DNA of 64,000 nucleotides from Paraphysomonas bandaiensis (GCA_965644295.1 CBFFRP010000296.1:310001-374000); one strand, 5' to 3'; counted from the stretch's first letter, positions 48,815-62,241 are shown. Program-made: numbers and translations. The notes: generated by a model from the sequence alone, not told the origin.

Positions 48815-51800
48815 ATGGTCGAGTTGTATCTGTTTGGCCGCCTATTGGCGCAGTGGTGGTGTATATTTGTACTCGTCGAATTACGACACGTTTATGGCTC
48901 TAATTGGGCTCAAACAACGGGACCAGTGTCTCAAAATGTAGCAATTCCTAGACAACCAACACCAGCGTATTTGCACTGGCGAGAAAGATTTGGCCATGCG
49001 GTGGTTCTTGCAGCGGATAGAATTGCAGGAGACGCCGACTCGGAGCCCATAGTATATCTCCTCGGGGGCGACACATACGAAGGAGATTTTTCGGGTTATG
49101 AGGTGCATGCTGATGGTGTAGTGATAATTTTGGTCACGATGTGTTTATAGCAAAATGTTCGTCAAACAAGGTGGCCTGTAGGTTACAAAAACGATGTGTG
49201 GCGTTCTTCAGGAACTGAGTGGACAGTGCGCTCAGACATTCGTCTGCAAACACGGTACCACCAGAAGATTCCTCGGATTATATCTAATATGGAATGGACT
49301 TTAGTGATAAATGGTGAAATGCCCCCACCAGGTGATTTTAATTACATGTAGTGTATACCCAATCGGTTATATCGAACATTCATCAGGTGAGTCGTACGAC
49401 TACTGGTTGAGGTGTCAACCAGCATTCAGAACTAGACTCCCGAACCCATCGATATGTAATCTGGAGGAAAATCAGTACAAGGTAGGTAGTAACAGAAATT
49501 GCGGCACTTTTGAATTTGTCAAACGTAATGTTTTTTCTTCTGTTGTAGGTACAATGGTCACCGCGGAGGAATCATGGTGCCGTATTTTTCAATGGTGAGC
49601 ACTACTGTCGAATCATTATATGTTTTTTCTCATTTTTCCCTGCTCTTTGTGTATAAGGCTATATATGGGTGCTGGGCGGACGTGCCCGAGAGCTGACGGA
49701 TTTACCAGAGTCAGATGCCATAGGTGGTATCCTCACCCCTCGCGTTCAGGTCTGTGTTTTAACCTTCATAGTAATTGAATGACTTGTATGATAACACTCC
49801 ACGAATAGGATATATACCGAGAACGGTTCGGTGAGAACTTCGACCAGTGGTTCACGATGCAAAGAGAAGTTTCTACTCTCAAATCAGATGTCTGGCGGTC
49901 CACTGATGGTGAAGAATGGGAAATGGTGACACCAGGGTGCAGAGCGCCACAAATAAATCTTGTTGCCGGTGGTAACCCCGTGGAGGGTAAGAGTGGCACT
50001 TTAGAAAACGCCTGCGAGACGGATGAAGATTGCTATAGCCCCGCTGAGAAGTGCGTTAATAACGGCGGGCACTATACTTGCGTATGCCAGATGTGGTCAC
50101 CTCGAGAGGAACATACTGTTGGAGTTTTCGGGGACTATATGTACGTGGTTGGGGGATACGCTAGCCGTTTATTCAGTCAGATGAGCAATTGTGGGGCCTT
50201 TTCTTGCGGAGATATTAATGCTGGGTCCTACAGATTTTATATGAATGTAAGATGAAAATGTTGTCTCTCATTTGTGTTGATAAATGCCGACAGGATGTGT
50301 GGCGAAGTAAAGACGGAGAGATATGGGAGCCAGCATCCCTTGGTGGTGATACGAGTTTTCCAGGTCGTGGTGGACATCAAATGATTATTCTGCCAAACGA
50401 ATTGAACCCTACCAGTATCGATGCCGCACGTTTAATGATATTTGGTGGATCTGGAGGTGTACCAGAGACTAATGAAGTGTACTACTTCAATGATATATGG
50501 TAAGGAGGTTGAGTTTTAACGTTTGGCTTGACATGCATACAGGACCGCCCCACTGTCTAATCCATCGGATTGGACTCTGGAAGTGGAACATGCACCCTGG
50601 CCTGCAAGGTAAGGGAATTTTCAATATTCTGGCTAGCTCTAACCCGTTACAGAGCTGGACATACGGTTACTCTAGAGCCGAAATCATCGAGCAATGGGAA
50701 CATCCGTTTTATTCACTTAGTTGGTGGTATATCAGACGAAGGAATTATGGATGACGTATGGTGAGTGTAAATGTATTATTTGTACACACATAATTTTGTG
50801 AGTTCAGGTCATGGCGTCCTGATGTAGACGGCGATATATGGCGCAAGGACTACACCAGTGATGCCTTATTTAGGAAGTCTAATTCACGGTCGGGAAATCT
50901 TTATGAAGATAACTCTCCAGCAATTTACTACGTTACACCTGATAGTAACCTAACGTACATGCGAAAATTTTGGGTTCCCACTGCCAGTAATATTGATGTT
51001 CGAGAAGATGGGTCTCGTCCACTTGAGAGGTATAAGATTCTCCACACTCTAACGTGATATACATCTCTCATGCTAAATCATCAGGGAGTGGCTGAACGAA
51101 CATCAAATTAGTATGCTGCATGGAGAAGGGATTTTCACTATTCGACAGCTTGCGGAGGCTGACAAGTATACTATCCTGAAGCTCAGAGGGCATGACTTTC
51201 CAGGCGTACCCGAAGAAGATTTGTTGGACTTTTACGACGTTTGTGACTACAGAGAACTTGCACTCGCGATAGTGGAGAAATGCAGGTATATTTTAATATA
51301 GTCGCATTAGTTTGGAAGTAATACTGGAGTTTCTGTAGAATAAAAACCGAGTACACCTATTATGATGGGGAGCTTCAAATGCCCTGGAACAATAACGTCG
51401 GTAAGGGAACGAAAAACTTTCAGACGTTTCTGTAATTTTTTGGCGTCAGAGTTCGATGGTCCCCCGCCTGTCACACTCCCCGCTGAGTGGCATAACAGAG
51501 ATTACATCGATATGATGGACGTGACAGACCCAGAGGTGATGGTTGAGGAGTGGGATGGGTGTTCTATATTGCCACTAAATTCCCGACCGAATGTCAACGG
51601 ACTTGGAAAGGTGTATCAAGTTGAGTCTATTCGCAATCCAAAATATGAGATCCAGGAACTGCACTGTCGATATAATCCAGGGCCGAGAGCATATCATGCG
51701 GCGCTTTATTTTGAAGAACGGCTGTATATATTTGGAGGCAGGAAGTCCGAGACAGAGTTCTACGGCGATAGTTGGTACCGCGACAACCGCATGCCATCAG

Positions 51801-52963
51801 TAAGTATCAAAGATAAGCCGAAACAGAATTCTCCGAACAGTATATTTCGATTTGAACCGGATGAACCTGGCTGTCATTTCGAATACCGTGTATGGGATGT
51901 GTTTAGATACAAGGAGATAAGGGAGTGGACTCCTGTGGTGTGGAAAACTAATGTTGGTACGTGATGTACATTGGATGCGTTATACGTGCCTTACATATAG
52001 CGCAGAGTGGCTGGATTGGCGTAAAGGAGGACCTGGTAATGGTCGATATGTTTTATACGTTCGTGGGGTTGATGCAGCAGGGAACAGAGACGAAACGTAT
52101 CGTCTTGGGAGGAATGTCTTTTTATGGGATTACGTGTCACCCACGCCATGGGATATTATATTCGGTTGTATTGCTGGTTTCTTATTCTTGGCCTTCCTTG
52201 CCTACCTCGAATACAGGCGGCGAGTGAAAAAGGCGGCAATGGAACGATACGCAATGAAGCGAATGAGAAGAAAATTTAAGGCCATGCAAAGAGATTTGGA
52301 TGGAAGAGCCGTCGACTGGCGAACACTTTATCAAGAGGTCGGTGTATGATTGTTTGTCTACTACTTTATCGGTGTAACCCAATGACACTTGCATGCAGCA
52401 CAAAGAGGCGAAAGAAAATGAAGATAAGGATGGCAAAAAGCGTCAAAAAGAAATGAAAAAGGTCGATTTCTCACTTACATGTTACATATTGTATGGGCTG
52501 ATATTCGGAAATGTTTTCAGAAACGAGAGAAGGCGAAGGAGGCACGAGAGAAAGAAAAGGCGAAGCGAGAGAAGGAAAAAGAAAAAATACGCAAGAAGCT
52601 GAAGGATAAGGAAAAGCAAAAAGGAACGGCATCTATTGCAGCACCTATCCCTGCGAAACAAATCGAGCATGTGAAGAAAACAGATGATGTATAAAGCTGC
52701 GTAGTGAATGCTTCATCTTGGCTCATAGTTTTTTCAGAAATATTTGACGTCGGAGAAGAAAGAAAGGCGGGGAATAAAATCCGGGGACACTGCAGTAGTA
52801 GCGAAAGGTGATACAGGTATTGGTAGATTTGTGTTACTATGTCTGTGTCTCATTTATTTCGTCAAAAGGGGGAGAGCTTGTAAAGCGCCAAAGTAAGCGA
52901 TTCAAAGATTATGAGACTGGAAGTGATGGAGGGAAAACACAGCACAGCAAGAAGAATGTGTAG
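48815..52963 (+). CDS. Large type I membrane protein with Kelch-like repeats, Cys-rich inserts, an Ig/Fn3-like juxtamembrane domain and a Lys/Glu-rich cytosolic tail, many exons
   Basis: Signal-like N-terminus; repeated 'W-S/P-R..H...Y.LGG...DVWRS' units; 'YVLYVRGVDAAGNRD'; TM 'IIFGCIAGFLFLAFLAYL' followed by RRRVKK. Confidence 0.75.
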
Positions 52964-53790
52964 TTTTTGTATTTGGGTATTTTGTTATATATGTATGTTT
53001 CCATACTTAGTTACGCGGACTGTTAATAATGATGGCAACCACCAGGTGATGGTGGCATATATTTTGTACCTCGTATTGGAAATCTGTTTTAACTCCTCAT
53101 TTAATGATAGTATACATTCGTGCTGAAATTGAGTTATATTTACTCGTCGGTACTGCTGTCTGTATCGAAGGGTCGCAGGTATAGGCTACAGATTTCTATT
53201 CGTGTAAATCTTAAGATATATCATACTTTACGATATACGCTATTAGTAGAACCAATAAAGTCTATAATTTATAAAAGTTTCATTGCGGTATTAAAATAAA
53301 CTACCTATAAATAGCTTAGCCTGAATTTCGAAAGAATAACATTTCCACAAGCCATCGTCCGAATCACCACACACACAATTTATTATCGACGTTGTGCTTG
53401 TGAGTACCATTATCGGTCCCAAGGTCACGGTCACACCCAACCAGAATCCGTTGTGGGCATGCATGCTTGCATGCATTAGGCCAGGGCAGGTGTGATGCAA
53501 GTAATATAGCCTTCAGAATCAAAATCATGTCATGTGTTTTGCATGTATCGAACACGGACGCAAACTCGACAAAATAAATATGGCAGTACTAAGAAAGCCG
53601 TTTGTATATATTTTCTGTTTACACTACAATAAACATTGCACATAAAAATAAAAATTTTTAACTGATTCATTTGTCGAGTAGATGGTCTCATCAAGAATTC
53701 CGCATATATACATTAGCATCCACAACATCAATTTCTGTGCCAGAGAGGTATCATTGAGAAATTGAGTTTGAATAAAGCGAGAAATTCCGT

Positions 53791-53881
53791 AAAAAAGTCG
53801 GACTCGCACCTTTTCGTGGCGTTACCAGAGATGTCATGTATATCAACATTCTGCTTGCTCACTGCGTTTGCTTTAAGTGAT
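53791..53881 (+). repeat. Internally deleted copy of repeat family A
   Basis: Head gtcggactcgcaccttttcgtgg joined to agatgtca...tatatcaacattctgcttgctcactgcgtttgcttt(a)agtga. Confidence 0.85.
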
Positions 53882-55369
53882 TGATGCCGAGTTAACATTT
53901 ATTCGGGATCTGTGTTGCCGATGACCGAGGTAATGCGTCAAACTTTCCTCATGGGTGCATGGCAATGGCAATGTGATTAGAGACCTGTTATGTCTTCCCA
54001 CACGTCTACTTCCTAGTCTCCTGAACCAGGCCATTGAGTTATAACAAGGCTCTCACACTGTTTGGAGAACAGTGTCAGGTACATTTTTGGTGCTTTTATG
54101 TTAGTCTTGCTTATAGTAAGTTTTCATCCGAGCGTGGAAGGAGCACGGTTTCCTACTACTAGCGTAAGTCACTCGGGAGAAGAGTGTAAGGTGGATGCAT
54201 GTGTTGGACGAGTGCACACAATGGATAGAAGACATTGGAGTCAGATTGAAGTTGTAACAGATATTCATAGATGTCTTTTTCATGCGTCAGTGTGCAAAAT
54301 TGCACCAGTAAGACCGCTTCGTGGCCGTGGGAGGACCCGGCGCTAGTACTACTCTACTCTCCCCTCCAGAGACTATTAAGCAAGAAATTAAAAGCTGTAG
54401 TGAAATATATATAACCGTTGATGAAGAAAACAATAGCTAAAGGCAGTATTTTTTTTATATGTCGTGATGAAATGTTGCAAACTAGATTATACAGCTAAAC
54501 TGAAATATCGAGACTGTCTAATATTATTCTTATAACTGATTGTAAAGCCAATCAAAGCGGCAAGTTGCGATAAATTATTCGGCCTAATTGCAGCTTTGTC
54601 CTGGCGTGCTGCATGAAACCATATAAGTGCCTTTTCAGTAAATGCCTTTTAATCTTGAAATGGACACCCAGAGGTTTTGGGCAGCCTACCGAAGCCAAGC
54701 ATCTGGGATGAGTTTTCAGCTCTAAGAATTATGAGAAGTTAGCAAGGGTGAGTAAAGCATTATTCTGTTCGCTCTCTGCGCCTGTTTCGCGTAAACAATG
54801 CTGCACAAGAGTTCACAATATTCACTGTCTCAGTGGCCAATGATTGAGGTAAATCGTGAAACTTTCTGGTTATGACAATCTGATTAGACCTCCTAAACCT
54901 TTATTGCCAGGCCTTAGTTGCTCCTGCTTCAGAGCATTGGGGTTAAAACAAGGCTCTGACAGTGTTCATCAAGCAGTAACAGGTACAGTTGCGCATTTTA
55001 TGTCATTCTTGCACAAGTTTTTTGATTGAGCTGATAATGTGTACATTTTCTATTCCTGAAGGGGGTAAAGTGGATTCATGTGCTGGAGAATAAAAACAAG
55101 AGAAGAAAAAATAGAAATTACTTCAAATAGTTGTAGATTTCGGTAGAAAACTGCCTATGAAATCTGTACCCTCGCTGTCTATACGTCGACGATATATCAT
55201 CAAGCTTGGGTAACAATTAATTGGCGAGAGGTATCCAACAATAACAATAGCAATTATTAATTAAGCGTCCAACTATTGGCATTGTAATTAACGGAATATA
55301 ATTGCCCACTAATTGTCTTCAATTCTATTGCTGGCCTTTAAATAGCTTTCTGAACTACAAGCTCATCCC

Positions 55370-55860
55370 AAAGATGTATATTTTTACGCAGAAACATCAA
55401 AACATTTCAAGGTGTCTAGGTGTCACTCGCTTGCGACAAGCAGTTATAAAATCTTCGTGCTTCTTAATTCTAAACAACCTCTCACAATCACTGGTAGTAC
55501 TATATCAATGCTTCATACAACGATATCGCATATTGTAAGTTTTGTGCGTGCTTTCTTGAGCTTTCCGTTGTCTTCAAGTAAAGGAAATGCCTCGTTGACC
55601 TCATCAACATCTTTCTCTTCATCAAATACATCTTCATCTGGAGGTACGTCATTTATCAAAAAGCGTCGCACCTGTGGTTTTTCAGCTCTTCCTTACCACG
55701 CTGAATCTTGACTACTGTATTCTCGAAATCTGCAGTCTGAACAATGTTCGCGTCTGTACCCAGGTGGCATTTCATCCCAACAAGGATACTCACGAATTAT
55801 ATCATCAAATTGTACCCGGACATCATCAAACAAACTGTTATTCTCCATCTGAATGCAAAT
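55370..55860 (-). pseudogene. Decayed hAT transposase C-terminal half
   Basis: Minus-strand fragments 'FDDVRVQFDDIIREYP', 'IVQTADFENTVVKIQRG', 'TTSDCERLF', 'RKRVTPRHLEM...FLRKN' resemble the hATC region of the 10308 element. Confidence 0.65.
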
Positions 55861-56338
55861 GTTTGCGTACAATATCATCATTGCATCAAAAAGCGACGAA
55901 GGCTTGCAGCAAGCCAAATCAAAATTTATGCCCACACAGAGAGAGGGGAGGAGCAAGGGGGCGCTGATATCGCGATCTCAGTACTCTTGATTTGCCTGCC
56001 ACTTCGGAATCTTCGTCACGCAAGAACTGGACTCAGAGACAACCACGGTTCACCGGTGGTGCATTTGGGACTTCTTAGAAGAAATCAACATGGAGGACTG
56101 TTCATAGGGCCTACGTTAATGTCAACAAAACTCCATGTTGATATCCCTTATATATCTTGGAGATCGCATATGTCTTTAACACCCCTGCATGATTCAGCCA
56201 GACTTAACACCAAGCCAACACGACTAATTGTCTCCGGCAATGCGTAGATAATATCGCGAAGAGGTAATATACTCAATGAATTATTATGGTGGCATGTGTA
56301 TTATTTTTCTGGCGCTATTTACAGTCAATACACAGACA

Positions 56339-58488
56339 CTACATTCGTATATTATTCGTTTGTTGTTGTATCCAATCGTATTGAGTGGTTCGTGGATTAT
56401 CTATACTTTCTTTAAGCAAATATTGAACATCTGTTGGAGTTGATACGAATTCGAACCTACGGAATAATTAGTGTCTAACGACAGTGTTGATTTCTTAAGA
56501 CATCCTCACCTGGTTCGAATGGACTCAGAAGAACTTCCTGCTGTCCCACATGCACCCTACGTGCGAGATTTCAAAAATAACACAGAACATTGCACTGAGC
56601 TCTCTGACCTGTTCTATAGCGCATATGTTTTCAATATTCCGCTTGATAGCAAAAAAACCTTTGATCAATAAGTCTTCAAAGGTTCTAAACGCATCACTAC
56701 TATATCCCCCCATCAATTCTACGTACTCGGCCGTCATCTTGAACGGTGCGGTTTCAAAGTTCATGTTGAACGCAGGCGATTCTCCTAGTATAAATCCAAA
56801 ATCTATGTGAATAATGCGTCCTCTGTCGTCTATAAGGATGTTGCCATTGTGTCTGTCCTTCACTTGAAGCGCGTATGTAACAAGGGAATATCCAACCAGA
56901 CTTCTGATAAACTGATTAAGTGCACGCTCGAACTGCGAAGAATTGCGTTGTCCAAACTTGAATTCGAAATATTGCAACAATGTCGCACCGGAGGGGCGCG
57001 ATGACACTTTTGTCCCCATCCACCTCCCAACCCCTGCATCAGCGCCTTTCAAAGCTACACCGTGACCCTCTTTCAGAGATATCTCACACTTCTTTATCGC
57101 GTCCACTGAGAGTGCGTCGTCTAGATACTCCACGAGGCCAGAAGATGGGCCAGTGGGATATATGCGATACGGTCGTAAAACAATATCCAAGCCTTGAGAA
57201 GAAAACACCTCGCTAAAAGCTTCTATAAATTGCATAGCCAAGGCTTCACGTTGAAGGTCCGCACCCGCCTTCACAACTAGTGCTGTCATATCCCAACCAG
57301 GGAGGTGGCCGAACGGACTCCGTGCCTTGACCTGCTCCTTCTTCTCAGTCCAGGAAGTCGGTGGACTGAATGTCGGAAGAGAAGTGTGAGCAGTATCGAA
57401 ATCAGTCTGCCCCCCACGGGTAGAGCTAGAATGTGCAAACGAATCCCCAGGCTCGTGGCCAGAATAGTTCGGTGTCCATGATAAAGAACTAACAGTTGCT
57501 GCACACTCATGCGGTGTGAGTCTTCGAATGCGTCTTCTTCCAACACCAGTCAAATTGTGCATAGATGTAGAATTCAATTTTGATTGTGCAAGAGCGAGTC
57601 TTTCCCGTAACTCCCCCTGACAGTATGTCTGCATGCTGTCCCCTGTGAACTCCTGTCGTATAACTTCTACAGTGAGGAGGTATGGGGAACGGTCCCTGCT
57701 GGGCAACACCCGACACTCTGGTAGCACCACATTCACTAGTCGAAGGACATGATCCGTGCACCTCGAAAGAGGGTAGTGCAATGCAAATGCTGGATCAGGC
57801 CCGAAACGGCGATTAAACACTCGGGAGCGAATGAGCGCATTCACGTCCCGCAATCCTAGCATCAGCTGACCGTGTCGCCTCTCGACTGGCGTAGAAATTA
57901 GTACGAGCAGCATTTACAGGACTACAACAATACCTGGTAGGCCATTAATAGAAACACTTAGTGCAGTCAACAGCTCAACGAGAGAGATGCAATTCCAGAA
58001 GTATTCTGATCGTATTGCAGCCAGTGCCGCAGGTAGATTGTCGCCTTGTGCTATTGACTGTAATACACGTGCTTTCAGAGCATTAATTCTTTCACTTCGT
58101 TTGCTATGGGCGGTGTTCAGCAATGAACCATAGAGAAGTTTGTTGTTCATATTGGATAAGCTCGCCTGCAGTCACATCATCACTATCAGATGTGGTCGCA
58201 GCTGTCAGTTACCTTCACAGTATGATGAGCTTTCAGTCCGAATATAAAGTTCTTCTTGCATCTGTCAATCACAGAGCTCTCCAGTGAACTATAAGCCGGT
58301 AGTTCCGTACTCTCATCAGGTGCATTAACCACTACACTGCAGAGCTGTGGCAGATACTCCTCAATGACATCATCTCCAACACCCTCTAACACACTCACAG
58401 GGTTACCTCCCCACCCCTTATCACCACTACGAGTCAACGAAAACAGACGAATCAATAGGGGCAAGAAACCAAGCACCCCCACTCCCAT
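56339..58488 (-). CDS. Phosphatidylinositol 4-kinase (type III beta-like), multi-exon
   Basis: 'YLPQL', 'LPSRDRSPYLLTVEV', 'SPFGHLPGWD', 'VKAGADLQREALAMQ', 'QVKDRHNGNIL', 'HIDFGFILG', 'FETAPFK', C-terminal 'YDWIQQQTNNI'. Confidence 0.92.
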
Positions 58489-58554
58489 TGCACTCCTTGT
58501 TATGCTGATGCATAGATGTGCATACAGAGCAGACTTTGCATGATGATGCCTGTC

Positions 58555-58744
58555 TATGTATGTATGTATGTATGTATGTATGTATGTATGTATGTATGTA
58601 TGTATGTATGTATGTATGTATGTATGTATGTATGTATGTATGTATGTATGTATGTATGTATGTATGTATGTATGTATGTATGTATGTATGTATGTATGTA
58701 TGTATGTATGTATGTATGTATGTATGTATGTATGTATGTATGTA
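58555..58744. repeat. (TATG)n microsatellite
   Basis: Read directly; lies between the divergent PI4K and SGNH-protein starts. Confidence 0.98.
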
Positions 58745-58951
58745 CAGCAGTATGTACAAAAAGTCGACCAGGCAAAAACTCCCGGGTTTTTAGCTGTACT
58801 GTATAGTATACTCAAACAACCACAAAGGGCAATTTTTGCCTGTTTGATTTCGCGGATATGCATGTACAGGTCTAGAGGCAGGTTGTGTGTATACTGTACC
58901 TACATGTATGCATGTAGTTGAACAGCAGGTATGAATAGGAGGTAGACGCAT

Positions 58952-60004
58952 ATGCTCTATATCTCATTCTTACTTGTACTCCTCTCCCCCGCCTTTGCGG
59001 GATGGTCTGTAGTCCCTCTATCGGAGTGCACAGAGTGTCTTCAGAGCGGTTACTGTGAGCGTATTAATTCATGGTGTCTACAATACACTCCTGACCCTTC
59101 ACACACCCGCATCACCCCCTCAGAGTTCACCAAACAGATCTCTCCTGGGTCAGTGATAGTATTCTATGGCGATAGTGTGATTCGAGGGTTGTTTATTGCG
59201 GCGTTAGAGTATTTCGGACTGGGTGAGTGGTACGATCAGACCCACCAAGCGATCGTTCACGCCATGCTGGCATCTGGCAAGTCGCTTCCAAGGGCGCATG
59301 CTATAATGGATCATACCTATCTCTGTCCGCCGCCTATTGTGGAGCATAAGAATCTGACTCTCGCTTTTATGTGGAACCCTTCTCTTCACATCCCGCACTT
59401 TTTTACCAAGCGACCATGGGCAACAAATTGCACCCATAGGTGCCCCTCGACTGTGAATATTTCGAACTGTGATGGTAGTCATCGACCTACCGTTGACTTG
59501 CGATGGCGATGTGGCAATGCGTTGGATAGTCTTCAAGTGAATGGTTCAAGTAAGAGGCAATTCATTATCGTATCTGGTACAGGGATTCATTCAATCATCT
59601 ATCAATTTTCTTCGCTTAAAGCACCACACAATATGAGTGATCAGGGAACTTATAAAGAAACCGAGAGAAAAATTTATGAGTGGGTAAAGGATTTCAGCTC
59701 TTGGGCAGAATGCCAGGGTAATTTAAGAGCGCATAATGCCTTGGAAATTCTCGTGCCTACCCTGGAACTACAGAAACTTGGGTGGGTCAAATCACGGGTT
59801 TTTGAGTACAATACGATCAGTGAAATTGTATTGCGTGCCATGAAGGAAAACGACTACCTCTCTAAAGTAGTGTTTCATGAGTATTTAAATGCGACTTCTT
59901 ATATAAACCATCTCGCCTCTGTGGATGGAATTCACTACAAAAATGTTTTTAACCGATTGGTAGTCGAGAAAATACTAGGCGAGGCAGTTTTGGCTTTTAA
60001 GTAG
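58952..60004 (+). CDS. Secreted SGNH/PC-esterase-like protein (GDS and DxxH motifs)
   Basis: Signal peptide; 'VFYGDSVIRG'; 'GTGIH'; C-terminal 'DGIHY'. Confidence 0.7.
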   Translation: MLYISFLLVLLSPAFAGWSVVPLSECTECLQSGYCERINSWCLQYTPDPSHTRITPSEFTKQISPGSVIVFYGDSVIRGLFIAALEYFGLGEWYDQTHQAIVHAMLASGKSLPRAHAIMDHTYLCPPPIVEHKNLTLAFMWNPSLHIPHFFTKRPWATNCTHRCPSTVNISNCDGSHRPTVDLRWRCGNALDSLQVNGSSKRQFIIVSGTGIHSIIYQFSSLKAPHNMSDQGTYKETERKIYEWVKDFSSWAECQGNLRAHNALEILVPTLELQKLGWVKSRVFEYNTISEIVLRAMKENDYLSKVVFHEYLNATSYINHLASVDGIHYKNVFNRLVVEKILGEAVLAFK

Positions 60005-60106
60005 ATCTTTTGTTGTAATAGTAACTTCAGCGCAATGTATATAAAATCCGCTATTTCATGACCAGCAGCAATATATGTGGTGTACTCCCATTACATGTAT
60101 TTACTC

Positions 60107-60864
60107 CAGGGTCTGGTAACCATTAATGGTTGTCTAGTTCCCGGCAATTATAGTGGCCATTAATACCTAAGTAGAAAATACCGCTCATAATAGATAGTGT
60201 GGTGCTCCCTTGTTAATTACTAATTTAGTAAATTAACAGACTACGAATCGCAACTACTTCTCGCTCTCCACTGGCACATCAAGATCTTCTCGCAGGGCTT
60301 CATGGTTCATGGAGGGCATAAGCATCCCACAACATGTAATTGGCTCGTAAAAATAGCATCGATTCTATACGATATTGATTCATGTTTCTACGCTCAGGTG
60401 TTATAATAAACTTTGCACGACTAAAGAGCCTCTCAACAACAATATTAAATGTTTCGATATAAAGCAACCAGTGGTAGTTGGACTCATAAGTACCAAGTAG
60501 AGTTCTCTTGGTGATCTCGGCGCTATCCAGAACACGCTGTGCAAAATCAGTTCCTTCATTTTGTCGTGATTTCTGTCGGACCAGAGCAAGCTGGCATTCT
60601 TAAGCACCTTTAGATCTTTGTAATGCCAGTTTGCTTGCTCAGAAAACAAAGTAATTGATAATGAACAAAGTTGCCACAAAGTAGCTGTAGAATTGCATGA
60701 ACTTGCTTAACATTGTTTAGATTTCACTTAGTTCTATATATAGCGTATATCAATTACCAGTACATGCCATTAATGGTAGCCCAGTTCCCGGCAATTATAG
60801 TGGAAACAATGAAAAACGTCCCGGCAATTATAATGGCATTACCATTAACGGCTATTAGGCCCTG
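60107..60864. mobile_element. Non-autonomous hAT element / MITE (758 bp)
   Basis: Imperfect TIRs cagggtctggtaaccattaatgg and ccattaacggctattaggccctg; 8-bp TSD atttactc (60099-60106 and 60865-60872); subterminal cccggcaattata repeats; no transposase ORF. Confidence 0.9.
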
Positions 60865-61870
60865 ATTTACTCGAGATATATTATTCAATCTCATCAAAGT
60901 AGTTGATTTATCTCGCCATTATAAATTCCAAGATTTGTCTATGATTAGGCCTAGTCAATTTGTTTTAATTGAAAACCTTGCATAAATTAAAAGGTCTTTT
61001 CTACAACCATCGCTGAAACATTATGACTGTTCACGTTACTAGCTTCACACTCCACACCATATTATCGGATTGTTGGAGAGCTTCAAAAACAACTCCTACA
61101 CTACAGTGAATTCGTACATATGCACTTGAAACACTGCATGTGTATACTAATATAGTATATTCGTCATAATAGGATAGATTCCTTAAGTCAGAAGAAGAGA
61201 AGTTGGTCAATGATCAATGATGCTGTGCTGCCATCTTCCTCCTCTTTTATTTTACTGCAGAAACACCTTTTATTTGTTATGAGTTTTTATTTCAAATTTC
61301 AATTACCCCAAAGAGGAATGCGTGAAAAATCCTGTGTATACCAGTGAAGAAAAATAGGTTTTTATGTAGTATAAAGTATAAAGTAATCACTGTATTACAG
61401 GTATCCCATATATGTGTGGTTTGGGAGGCCCGATACAAAATCAAGTGCAAGGCCTAGTATCGTTCCTGACTGCAATTCTACGCGGTTTTGGAACTACTGG
61501 CCCCGCTTGCTAGCAGTACATAAATTATGTACTTGGAATACTGCGAAGTGCCAAGAACTAAAAAAACTTAGTTGTAGTTCCGGATCTCTAATGTTCCTGA
61601 TAGAGTTCTTGTCCCTCCAAATATTGTGGGGTTCAACGCCCATAAGACGAAGAAGGGTGTGGAACTTCATTGGAGAGACTGAGCAGTTCTCATTCGATAG
61701 CAAAAATTAAGTGTGATGTGGCGTACTGCATGCGTATACGTGGCTGCAACTAGATGTCGCGTGTATATTGACATCGATTGTTTGTGGAGTATGTCATCCT
61801 GTTCAAGTGAATACTTTGGTTTTGAGGAAGTGAATACCATAAACACCTGCAACCTCATCATTGGAAAGCT

Positions 61871-62241
61871 CAAATTCGTAATTAATTTATGACGAGGTAT
61901 TACACCAATATTGGTGTGATAAGGTAAATTACACCTACCATTTTGCTCAACATTACTTCAGCTATAACGCTGTGAATACCACAAATTTACACAAGTGCTA
62001 CAATTGTGCTGCCCATTACAGTCATTCTGTTGTCGGCATCTGTTGTTTCGCAACAAATTCGTAATTAATTTATGACGAGGTATTACACCAATATTGGTGT
62101 GATAAGGTAAATTACACCTACCATTTTGCTCAACATTACTTCAGCTATAACGCTGTGAATACCACAAATTTACACAAGTCCTACAATTGTGCTGCCCATT
62201 ACAGTCATTCTGTTGTCGGCATCTGTTGTTTCGCAACAAAT
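61871..62241. repeat. 183-bp tandem duplication with caaat junction microhomology
   Basis: Two copies (from 61871 and 62054) differing by one visible base (gtgctac vs gtcctac). Confidence 0.95.

Noticed and set aside
53900-55100. Possible transposase remnants
   Set aside because: Only vague motif resemblance in short broken frames; not supportable without a search.
55744-56247. 167-aa plus-strand ORF
   Set aside because: No motifs, and it overlaps the antisense of a decayed hAT transposase.
61390-61870. Short ORFs downstream of the MITE
   Set aside because: No recognisable family and no consistent splice model.
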